From positions 1 through 27,394 of the forward strand of contig JAQGDQ010001735.1 of the NCBI GenBank assembly GCA_030141605.1: 27,394 bases of DNA. The letters run 5' to 3'. A program made the translations under genes and the position numbers. Origin of the DNA: Tubiluchus corallicola (lineage: Eukaryota > Animalia > Priapulida). Under the pieces are notes generated by a model. That model had not been told where the DNA came from, ran no database searches, and worked only from the letters and a program-made list of their open reading frames with translations. This document shows, piece after piece, positions 13,857 through 24,730 of this stretch (positions are counted from its first letter, which is position 1; each line of letters starts with the position of its first letter).

Positions 13857-14424
13857 CAATTCTAATTATTCTAACAATTCCAACACTTGTACAAAAATTA
13901 TAAGAAGCAGCAGGACTTGCACATATATGAGTAACATTAGCTGACGTACGTTGCATATTTAGACCTGACTCTTTAATTATTTATCGGATAATTATCTTAC
14001 TCGCCTCTTTATTTACCTTGCCAAAGAAACCTAAGCAAGGTCAATGCAGAGCTGGACAGAGAGAAAGCACAGAGCAACAGTTCCTAAGCATTATTCTTTT
14101 AAAAAGAGTTACCTTTAAAGAAAGCTTTCGGAAAGCAATATCTGTCAGACTACGTAAAATGATCTTGCTATTAAAAATTGCAATGTAAAATTGTTACTTC
14201 TTAGCATGTACACCTGGTACATGTAACTGTTTAAGAGTATCGCCATACTGGAGAGTAGGTAACACTGAAACAGTGGGTTTTTTACTATTTCAGTGAAAGT
14301 TGTTCACAGAACTTACAATTTCATTGTAACAAAAAATTGAATTCACCTGTAATAATACTTAATCCTTAAGTTAGGGGCCAATGTCAAATCAATCACTAAA
14401 GTGATATTTCATATGAACAAAAAA

Positions 14425-14970
14425 CCAAAATCACTGGACACTGGACTTTTAGGAGTAAATTCTTGGACAGTCGATAGTTAGGTAATGAATATTTAGGCAA
14501 CAGTGCAGTTACAAGGACAGTGGACACTTATAGGCCATCCATACAGTAATCCAAAATACTGTCATTCTCGAGTTTGTCAATGTGGAAAGAGAGTGGACGA
14601 CGAGAATGACAGTGAAATTTTAATATTCAAATTTGACGATATCAAGCTGATCTTGATTTTCATCAGTGTCGGTCATTATTCTCGGAATGAACAGCCAATA
14701 ATCAGCTGGAAGAACCCATTTACAGCGTTTAGTTGTCACTAAAAACAGCGAATTGCAAACAAAAAATTAAAGCGACTGCATAATTTTATTTTGTAAATGC
14801 ACGAGTATAGAAATTCCGTGAGTGAAATTTTACAGGGAAATGTACAGGAACTTGCGCTCATCCTACGGCCATTAGCCTGCAAAAGCACAAGCCATAGTGC
14901 CTTGACAACCTACTCTTTTTGTATTATTTAGAGAAGAAAAGTTGTCCAGTGATCGAACATATTTGGTGTT
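14425..14970. mobile_element. Possible old MITE-like element with degenerate terminal inverted repeats
   Basis: TCACTGGACA (14431) is inverted at TGTCCAGTGA (14943), with weak flanking similarity. TGGACA motifs recur at 14431-14530. Confidence 0.25.
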
Positions 14971-15463
14971 ATTCAATATAATTTAAAAATTCATTTACGC
15001 TTCTGCTTTTAATTGCCGCAATACTTAATAATAACTTCTTGTTTCGTTTCTTAGCCAAAATAGTTTTTGCCTCGATTTCGCTTACCCTTTGCAGCACATG
15101 TCAAAGTGAAGCTCGTTTTCATAAAAGCCGTTTTGGCACTATTTCAGAAATGAAGAAGTTAGAGAACACTTCTTAAACAAATAGTTATGTGCAAAATAAC
15201 TGTCAATGAAAACTGCTCGTGAAGACAGAGTTTAGTGTTTTATGTGTCATTCTTTTGAAGGCCCCTGTAGGTTACGCAGCAGTGGGCATATGAATGGCAG
15301 AACAATTGGGTACTGGCTACTTATGCATCAACAGTATAAGTGCTGCACAACATTTTTAGCAGGGTGGCACTGTCAGCCTACTTGCTAGGTAGATTGTCAG
15401 TGCCCCTGAAAATATGGTATTGCAATATATGTATCAAATACTAACTCTAAACCTATTAATACT

Positions 15464-15900
15464 AACTTGCCAAAAGCAATAATAAGACTTTTGCTTTTTA
15501 TTACGCGGAACAACATATATTGGTTGGATGGGGTAAATTTAACTCTGACGGATTTACAGTTGGTAACGGGATTTGTCAAGGCGGAAAAATGTCTCCACTG
15601 TTATTCACGTCTACTTTAAAAATATCGGTGCTGAAGTTACTAACTCCGGTGTGGGTTATCATACTGTATAAGCCTGCATTAATCACTTGATGTACGTTGA
15701 CGACATGTCTTTTCACAAGAACCGTGACAACTTTGCAGAGACTGCTAGATATTTCTAATAAATTTAGCTAGCAAGTATGATATTCTTGTAAATGTGGATA
15801 AGACTAAACTTGTCACACTTCGCTCTGCCCATATGCAAAAGTTTACCATTGCGTCTGTTGTCTTGCAAGGAAAAAGTTTTGTACATAGTAAAAATGTAAA
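15464..15900 (+). pseudogene. Degenerate non-LTR retrotransposon (LINE) reverse transcriptase fragment
   Basis: Frameshifted translation: NLPKAIIRLLLF / YYAEQHILVGWGKFNSDGFTVGNGICQGGKMSPLLF / VYFKNIGAEVTNSGVG..INHLMYVDDM (YxDD at 15693-15704) / TLQRLLDISNKF / KYDILVNVDKTKLV. This matches the RT motifs GVRQGGxLSPxLF, YADD and NxxKT. Confidence 0.9.
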
Positions 15901-16413
15901 CATAGTTTCTCTATCAGAAGAAAAATCAGAAGAAGTAACTTTTCTTCTGAGATTAGACGTCAGTGGCGCAGTTTATTATATCGTTAATTGTTACTTGTGT
16001 TATTGTCGTGTGCCATAATTTATTGTATTTTTTGTACTTGTTTGTATGAACTTTGTAAAAATTGAAATAAAATAATATATCAATTCAAATCAAACCAATT
16101 TTGATTGTTGGCTTATAATGTAACATAATAATGGTAGTAAACTTGCCAGCAGTGGGTGCGTAAAGACCAATTTAGCTCGTTCTAAAAATCCCACAAGTGT
16201 ATATTCTAGATATTTTAATGTAACATGCAATATTATCATGAAAGGCCACAAACAAATGTCAAATACACTGATATACACTTCTTCCTAAAGACAAAAGATA
16301 AAGGCAACGTCTATTTACCCTTCCTGGTTTAACAGATAACACTAACAATAGCATTAGCGACTATTTAGCGACTTGCAAATAACGAATAACGTGTCGGGCA
16401 TATGCCCTGGCGT

Positions 16414-16496
16414 TGTCAGCCGCCGGTTTCGAACCCAAGACTGCAACCACAAGGTGTGCACGCAATCTGTAGTGTAGACCACTGGCCAGCATACCC
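16414..16496 (-). repeat. tRNA-derived (Leu-like) pseudogene or SINE head with Pol III A and B boxes
   Basis: Minus strand reads TGGCCAGTGGTCTA (A-box-like) ... GGGTTCGAAACC (B box) GGCGGCTGACA. The long A-B spacing is like type II tRNAs. Anticodon and acceptor stems do not pair properly. Confidence 0.5.
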
Positions 16497-16633
16497 AGGA
16501 CAAAAAACAAGTAAATAAATAAATATGTCTTGAAAGAAATACATTTAATTGGAATCTGCTGTGGTTAGGGATAATAAAGTCACAGTGACTGTCCCTGTAT
16601 TAGTTCCGATATTGATGGAATGAACGCACATTA

Positions 16634-16729
16634 TAACATAAAAAAACATAATGCCCTTTATAGTCTCAATGATTTATGAAATAATATATAATCATTGAGA
16701 GTATAATGAGCATTACGTTTTTTGTGTTA
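16634..16729. repeat. About 96-nt imperfect hairpin (about 40-bp stem)
   Basis: TAACATAAAAAAACATAATGCCCTTTATAGTCTCAATGATT pairs with AATCATTGAGAGTATAATGAGCATTACGTTTTTTGTGTTA, with an AT-rich loop of about 15 nt. Confidence 0.85.
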
Positions 16730-16751
16730 AAGATGACAAGTCTCAGGAGAG

Positions 16752-16776
16752 CTCTCTCTCTCTCTCTCTCTCTCTC
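16752..16776. repeat. (CT)n microsatellite
   Basis: Directly visible. Confidence 0.97.
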
Positions 16777-18614
16777 ATATTTTAAGAACACATTTATTAA
16801 ATTTTAAAACCAGACTTGTACGGTAGGATTTGAACCTTTCATTCACGAAGTCAATACCATGAGCACCATTTGCATGGCATGACTTACAAGCAAAAGGTTC
16901 CTGGTTCTAATTCAGACTATGCTGACTTTTTAACATTTCCATATGAGTTTGATTTCAAAACTTAATAACTATGGGTCCGTTTCATTGAAACTGAAATTAG
17001 GATTATGATTAATTACTAGTATTAGTAAATGAAAATGAGAATTTTTAACAATATGGGCTTCAAAATTCGTACTATTTACAGTATTCAAAAACAGGTACTG
17101 AACTGGTTCCGTACCATTTAATCGTACTGTACTAAATTTAAGTAAACAAGAATATCTTGTCCACAATGATTGCATATAATTGGGTATGGCAACATTGGGT
17201 GTCAACGTATGAATAATAGCGATGTATGCTGCAGCCAAGCAAACCTGAAGGAAACGAATCCGAAGTACTGACGTAACAGCGCTTAGAGTGATCCCGACCA
17301 TTCGAAAATTTTCAGACGCAAATTTTCTGCGTACGACAAACTTTTACCGCTTTGTATAGCTTCTAAATCCTTCAGTAGACTTAGCTTACATGCACTTACA
17401 CTTACACTTGTCTTAGCTAAGTGGCGTACCGGAATCGCTCCTAGCTAAGGGATGTACCGAAATTGATACTACCTCACTTAGGCTACGTAGCGTCTGTGAA
17501 GTGCACGTAACGTGCTAGTCCAAGGGCCTGGAAGTTGAAGCATTATTGACTATGCGGCTCGGTGGTAGGCTATTTAAAATTTCCGTGACACAGAAAGGCG
17601 TTTTTAACAACCCTGGAAGTTGTCATGACTTTACGCTGTATTAAGAGAATTATAATAAGTAGCAGGGTACTTAACATTCACTATACATATACATGTCTAT
17701 AACAATAATAAAACGATAGTACGGTACGTATAGTATAGCACGAAAACTCACGATTTTACCATAACGATTGTGTCTGTTCGAATCAACGATGTGAATATTA
17801 AAAAATGCGAACCAACCAGTTCACCACAAACTGTTCACACCTTTATCTGTATCTAATTGGACTTACGCTTCATAATTTCTTAATTTAACTGCCACAGTTT
17901 ACTAACCAATTATCCAATATTATTGTAACTTATATAAAACTTTTTGACACCAGAAACATTTATTAAATTTACAAAATCCAAATCAGTTCTGTACAATACT
18001 AATATAGACCTAAAAATTTAAATATCCCCGAAATTACCATGAAAAATAATGCAGAGGGTAACAAAAATTTTCAATAAGCAAAGTTATACTGCATTAGAGC
18101 AATGTAATCAGTCCTGTGCTCTCTGAAGTTTCTCTGAAATTACAGTTATAAAAAAATCCATCACTTCATGCAGCTATACTTAATTTATAGCTGAGGTGAC
18201 ATTTACATCTTACAATAAATTACAATGCCACTCTAAAACAACAATTTATCATAGCTATAAACATTCTGCGTCCTCGATAATAGCGACGTAGATTCCGTTT
18301 ATACGCACCTGTATGGTACTCGTCGTAAAATTATTAACAAAAATAGATTAAACACCTATGCGTATGCCAGTATACTAAACACATAAACTTTTTTAGGTGA
18401 CGTATGATTGCAAGAAATCTAATAAACCTTTGCCACAGATCGTTGTCCCGCAGCAACCACACCTAGACTAATTTCACTTTGCTAGAAAAGAATGTCGTTT
18501 TCCCCTCTGCTAGAAAACAACGAAATTTTAAGAAACTTGGCTGAAGTCAAGGAGAAAGTTGTTCTTACAGCCGTAGGGTATTACGCGTTTCATAACGCAA
18601 TAAGGGGATAAAAT

Positions 18615-18643
18615 CCCGTGTTTAACCGTGGGCAGAAAACTAG
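18615..18643 (+). mobile_element. Possible Helitron 3' terminus
   Basis: GC-rich hairpin CCCGTG-TTTAAC-CGTGGG (with G-T pairs) followed 7 nt later by CTAG. No 5' TC end identified. Confidence 0.3.
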
Positions 18644-20554
18644 CAAATTTATGTTACAGGCTATAAATGGTTAAGCTTTTTCCTTGCCTAGATAATAATA
18701 AAGAAACAATAATTTTTTACTTTTTAGTATTGATCAGTTTTCTGTTTTTTTGACATTTACATTATTGTTTTGAGGTTTTATGGGCATATTTGTAGTGTCG
18801 TGCAACCCCAAGAAATCGTGAAATTGGAAATCTTATGATTTAAAAATTACACATGCCAATGCACATACACATGCGCTCACGCACATGCGCGCTCAACATG
18901 TACAGTTTGTACAAGCAGATAACGAAATATAGAACAGCAGGAATACATCGGCGAAAAGTCAAGATCATTCTCGTCACCATGGCAGTATGTCAGTTATGTT
19001 GGTAACTACAAATGTCGATAAAATAATGGACTCTGTTGTTGCCCCAAACACTGTTTTGCCACAGTTAGCTTAAAATTATTGGGAACTATAATTACCTTTC
19101 TCGCTCGAGACTAATAATAGTAATGCATCTTACGCTACGGAGTCATCACATCGAAAAAAAAATGACACGCAACTGCCAAACACTGGCACATATTGTCCAC
19201 TTGGGAAATAATTTGTCTGTTATTATCCCATACTAGCTTGAACTCCCCAGAATTGCGGATTAATAAGTATTGTGATGGCTTCCTACACCTGGGAAACTCC
19301 CATGCTAGTACTCAGCTGCCTGACTTCGTCGTAAACCGTAGATAATGAAGGGCTTCCTCTATTGCTGAAAGGGTCGTTGAGAAAAGAAACTCAAGAAATA
19401 ACCACGTCGGAAACTGAATTGAGTTGCTACTTATAAATATTCTTCAAAAAAACTGCTAACAGGCTGAATTGTTCTACTAAATTTTATTATTTAATGAAGA
19501 TATATCGATATATCTATAGGATTGACTATTTATTCACACTTGCAACACCTTGGAAACAGATACATCGACTGTAGCGACATGTGGTACGCGAAATATAGAT
19601 GGTTATTAAAATTTACTATCTAAAAAACAACCGGATTTATGGATGCTGTCTGAATGCACAGTTACATATGCCCCTGCTCTGCAATACTTTAGGACGTTTG
19701 AGTTGCGAGTTGCGGACATTTCAGTTACATAATACAAATTACTGCAAACGCAAAAATATCGGTGGAAAAGATATCATGAAGGCTTAAAACGATGGGTTGC
19801 GACAAAATTTCAATTGTGTTAGTTTTTTACTGGTTCTATACTGTGCTGTTTTTAAAAATGCTAGCACTGTTTTGTTTCTTGTTGCAATATCGAGGTTTGA
19901 GGGATTGTCTTTCGACAGAATTGCTATTCCGTAGAGAATATTAAGCCTATTCTCCCGAGTATTAAGTAGTGCAACTCACCTAAGCAAAGAAATTACTACA
20001 GACACTCAGAAAACTCAGCTTATTTGCAGTAATAGTTATAGCTGTGGGGAAAGTTTGTTTCATTAAAACTGCTGTTTTCTGTAATGATGTAGCTTTTTTA
20101 CGAAATTTCTTATAGTCAAAATTGGCAAAACATCACAAGCAGCTTGTGTTTACTTTCTATTACATGATTTAAATGACCTAGCTTAGCGAATTTTGTTCAT
20201 ATATGATTTTTTGTTTTATCGACGGAGCTAAATGAAAATACTTGCAGTTGGCTTAGAATTAAGCAGATATACGACCAGAAAAGGTAGTTTTCTGCAGATA
20301 ACAATACTAAAGTTTCAAAAAAAGATTTATAATAATATTAAGGAACACATCACAAGTGATTTTTGGAAATAATATATTCTAACAAAAATGCCAGCGGATT
20401 CAACGTGTTCAAGCGTGTTCAAAGTGTTTGGATTTTGGAAAGAAGAGCCAGACGTTCAAAAAATCAGAACACTGGATCCTAGGAAAGAAGAAATACAAAA
20501 CGAAACTAAATACACGAAAGAGCCAGCTTCTATGAATCGACATGTTTATTGAGC

Positions 20555-20587
20555 GACGATCGTTTCGGCTATTGAAGCCATTATCAA
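20555..20587 (-). ncRNA. Second copy of the minimal hammerhead-like motif (same strand as mGluR)
   Basis: Exact reverse complement of 20800-20832. Confidence 0.6.
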
Positions 20588-20799
20588 CTATAAATGAAGC
20601 TAAAAAGAAAAATAAACATTAATGATACAAAGGCACAAACTGAAACTAACAAACAACAGATTGGAATTTAACTAATTTCTTCCGTTACAACCTAGTTTAT
20701 TTTGACAAGTTAAATTCTAATCTGTTGCTTTGTAGTTTCGGTTTGTGCCTTTGTATGATTAATGCATTATTTATTCTTCTTTTTGACTTGATTTATATT

Positions 20800-20832
20800 T
20801 TGATAATGGCTTCAATAGCCGAAACGATCGTC
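20800..20832 (+). ncRNA. Minimal type I hammerhead ribozyme-like motif (U3:A8 variant)
   Basis: UUGAUAA-U-GGCU(UCAAU)AGCC-GAAAC-GAUC-GUC: variant core, 4-bp helix II, GAAA, palindromic helix III (ACGAUCGU) and GUC triplet. Helix I pairing is weak. Confidence 0.6.
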
Positions 20833-23800
20833 GCTCAATAAAAACATGTTGACTAACGAAACTATTGTAATAAAGAAACACAGAAGGCCAATGGTGTTGA
20901 TGATGAGCGGTTAATTATAAAAATATGGCATACATAGTGACATCTATAATGGATTATATGAAGGCTACTGGTGTATATGTTATGCAAAGCTGCTTTGGGC
21001 ATCATACTTCGTACAAAAATATACATTCACTGACAAGTAGTCAGTGACTGTACCGCAATAATGAATGATGTAGTGCGCAAAAATCCTATGTCGAAATCAG
21101 ACACCTGTTTCATATAATACTCATACTTCAAGCGGAGGTAAAAATGCTAACATTACTAACTGAAAACTATACCCCCCTGAATGACATTTATAATAATGAG
21201 TTTAACGTGTACAAGGCAAGGTGACCGCTGACCAAGATTAAGGCAAACAGATGCTTCAGATTGTTATTGTTTTCGATGTTTTGCTAAAAACTATGATAAA
21301 GTATCTGAAAACGATCCGAAAGGGAATTCGGGTCGATATTCCGCTGCATCGCCCACAAGCTCACAACCTTTGTCTTGCAACTTGACAGAAAGCAATTCAG
21401 CGTCGAGTTGACACGAACGATTTCGAAAACTAAAAGCTCTAAAAGTCAAAATTAATGATCACCTATTGGCTATTAAACTTCGGCTGCAGTTCTGGCAACG
21501 CCGCAGGGATTTCTGTTACGAGAGGAATCACAATGTTTTAGCAGTGATAACTCTGGGGCGGGGAAGTAGTAGTGGTTAGAAAAACTAACACCAGTATTTA
21601 GAAAGTTGGCACAAATAAAATCTTAGATTGTAAGCAATTAAGGAAAGAAAACCTGTTTGTAATTTTTAATGTTGAGAACAGGAAGAATAAAGCCTAAAAA
21701 TCGCTTTTTTATTGTGGATTTCATTAATTTTCTAAAAACATTAAAATAGTCAGTTTCTACCATTTTACTGTTACCAATTTAATCAAATCGTTTTGATAAA
21801 CTTGGAGTATAAGAAATAGTAAAAAACACGTATACCCCTGATTGAAGTTTTCCAGCTTGAGATGAAGTTTTCAGAAACTATGAGCTGGTGCCGTCAATGT
21901 ACCTGGACATAGCTAGTGGCCTAGGATTTTTTCGAATACATTCAGACGAAGTTTTCAGACAAAATATCTTCGAAATAAAGAAACTATAGTCTATAGGTAG
22001 TTGAACACTAAGTATTCCTACGTAAGTAATAATATAAAAATAATAAAAGTGGTGAAAGGACAAATTTTCACCAACGTATGTTAGCAAAGAACTAAATTTG
22101 AAAATATTTTTTGATAAGACATATGATCTGCAAAGTGAGTACAGTTAAAGCAAATATACGCGACAACACGAAAACAGTGAATATTCTCAGTACGTACATA
22201 GCTCAGCGAAGTATTTGTCGACACATTGCAGAAACAAACAAGGCGTAAAATCAATTTTGTAAAACAAACAAGCAAAAGTCAATTCGTCAAAAATTGCGTG
22301 TACGCTATGTCTTACACTTGTGCAAACATATTACCGGGTGGATATTTGAACCACACGCAATACCTAGAGCACTTGATTACTAAAAAAGAGCAGCGCCAAT
22401 TTTATTACTCGGTATCATTTTCACAGAACTGGCAAATGCGCATTAAACCAATGAACACACGAGTTTGAAATATTAGACACGTCATACGTGAATATAAAAT
22501 TTAAATTCATGATCCCAAAATGTTATTAACAGTATGTTCACGGCAAGAAGCTTGTTGCAATCTCACGATTTTACCTGTAGAACTTGCAAATAATGAAGTC
22601 AGTGAATAAACGTAAATAAAAATTTTGTATTAACTCTTTTAATTAATTCATTAATTTATTAGTTTGGTAAGCATTTCAGTTAGTTAGGTAATCGAAAGAG
22701 ATTCCAAAGTTGAATTTCGAATAACGAAAGAATGAGTAACATAAAAAAATTTCAACAATTGCTAAACAACCGTTTATTTTGGTACTACTTTCCCTGCCTA
22801 AGCATTTGGACATGTGGATTTTTAGCATTTGGTTAACTCTGATTATGATACCCGTCTTCTCGTTCGAAATTCAACTTAGGAATCTTTGTTTATTATCCTA
22901 TGTTAAGGAAAATACTGGCTGCAAAGACTTCTCAAAAAGTTGCAACGATATTTCACATTTCAATGACAAATTTTAATTTTTTTTATTTTTAATTAAACGG
23001 CTAAGCAATTTTGCAATTTTAATTATTCTTCTAATAATAATTAATATTCTTCTTCCTTTTGCAACAACACAAATATTGTTGCATGCATTCGTTTTATTAT
23101 TAATTGATGATCTGTTTTATTGTTTTACATATTATAATCATCTAGAGAATTATCGTTTTACGCAAAAAAGAACTCCAAGTGTTCTGCATCTTGCTACGTC
23201 AACTTTGTAATTCGATTAATTTTCTTTATTTTAACTTGGTTTAACTTTGTACTGCAATGCCAATGGCTTCTAATATTTAACATTCCTGCAAACATAATAA
23301 TTCAAGTCCTACGTACAGCCATAACAATTAGTTTATAAACGACGATGACGACGATGACAACACGAACAGTGCAACGACAACGAGTACGGCAACAATAAAA
23401 GCTTTACTTTACATGTTGATTCAAAGCTGGCCCATTAATTTCTATGCAGTCACTAAAAACTGGTATTGTTAAACCCACTCGGCGTCAGTGTCAGATTGTC
23501 ATCAACGTTTGTTTGTGTTTGGAAGGCGTTTCTAGGCGTTGTAATTTTCTGATGTATGTATATGATGGTTATGTTAATTGCATAGATGTACGCACTACAT
23601 TAGTACGCTGAAATAACGATTTCTAGATGGTTAACATGGTGACAATAAAATGATGACTGTGTAGACAGGCGCAATCTATTTACGAGAACTGTTGCAAGCC
23701 TCATACGAGTATCCAAGTAATTATTACCTTTACGATAAAAGGAGCCACTAATTAAGTTGCAAAATTTATTAGTCTGAGTAGGTAATATTCCTAGATTCAA

Positions 23801-24100
23801 GTCTGGGTTTCTCAGCAGTAATGTAATTGAGCCAGTCAGACACTAAACACAAAACTGTAAGAAGATGAATAGCACGCATTTGCGTAGTACATAGTTAACA
23901 CGAATGTAGGTAAAATGGCACAGGAAAAAATAGCATGGTAAAAATAGCGTAGGAAAAAATGACATAGAAAAAATGGCACAAATAGAATAGCAGGTAGAAA
24001 CGGCACAGCAAAATATGGCACAAATAGAAAAGTAGACAAAAAATGGTACAGGAAAAATGGCACATTATGTAAAACATGAGTTTAGGGTTATTTTAGTTGT

Positions 24101-24456
24101 TTTTGCCAGCGCTAATGAAGTTATGCTTGTATGTTTGTTTGTTTTTTTTTTGGCTGTCTTTTGTCTGTTATAGCAGTAAGCCTATAACGCAAGAACCACC
24201 TAACAGATTTACACAAAATATTGTGGAGAAGGCGGGTATAGGGTGCCAAAATAGGCGTTTTTCGCTCATTCCTTTTTCACAAAACTTGACCGAACAACAG
24301 CACGTACAAAAACATTCGTGAAGCACTTCGTGGAAGTCTCAGAAAGAGTGTTTACTACTTCAATTTTATTATCTCCACCGACAAGAAATTTTCGCTTGGA
24401 AGACTGTGAGGCGCTGACGTTAATTTTTGCATATTAAACGTGTATAGCCTTATAAG

Positions 24457-24493
<37 letters not shown>

Positions 24494-24730
24494 ATCCTAT
24501 GACCATGCCAAAATTAATGGTTAAAGAAAGATAAATAAATGCAGTGTGGAATATGCGTGCATTATTGATTATAAGTCTTTTGCTAGTCTATCTAATACCA
24601 ATACAGGTACATTTTTGTATGTTTGCTTGTTTATCTTTGTTTACGCTTTTTTTACCAAAAGAATAGATAAATAATTTTAAGATCGTTCGGCTTTGGCGTA
24701 GAGCTGCTTCCTATTGAGCGCATTCTAATT
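24101..24730 (+). mobile_element. Degenerate Helentron-associated (HINE/DINE-like) non-autonomous element nested in the foldback element
   Basis: 5' TTTTGCCAGCGCTAATGAAGTTATG, then a (TTTG/TCTG)-type microsatellite and ATAACGCAAGAACCACCTAACAGATTTACACAAAAT. 3' TTGGCGTAGAGCTGCTTCCTATTGAGCGCATTCTAATT resembles the subterminal-IR plus hairpin plus CTAGTT end recalled for this class. Confidence 0.4.
24460..24490. repeat. (AT)n microsatellite
   Basis: Directly visible. Confidence 0.97.

Larger units (their letters stand above)
20537..20853. mobile_element. Inverted pair of Penelope-like pseudo-LTR fragments (arms about 20537-20673 and 20708-20853)
   Basis: The arms are reverse complements with scattered mismatches and a 34-bp spacer. 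Each carries TTGATAATGGCTTCAATAGCCGAAACGATCGTCGCTCAATAAA, a hammerhead-like motif plus AATAAA typical of Penelope-like element termini. Confidence 0.75.

Noticed and set aside
20430-20543. Frame ending ETKYTKEPASMNR, resembling a Penelope GIY-YIG C-terminus next to the pLTR
   Set aside because: Suggestive position, but too few conserved residues.
23901-24066. CRISPR-like repeat array
   Set aside because: Units are short, degenerate and lack unique spacers; context is eukaryotic with no cas genes.
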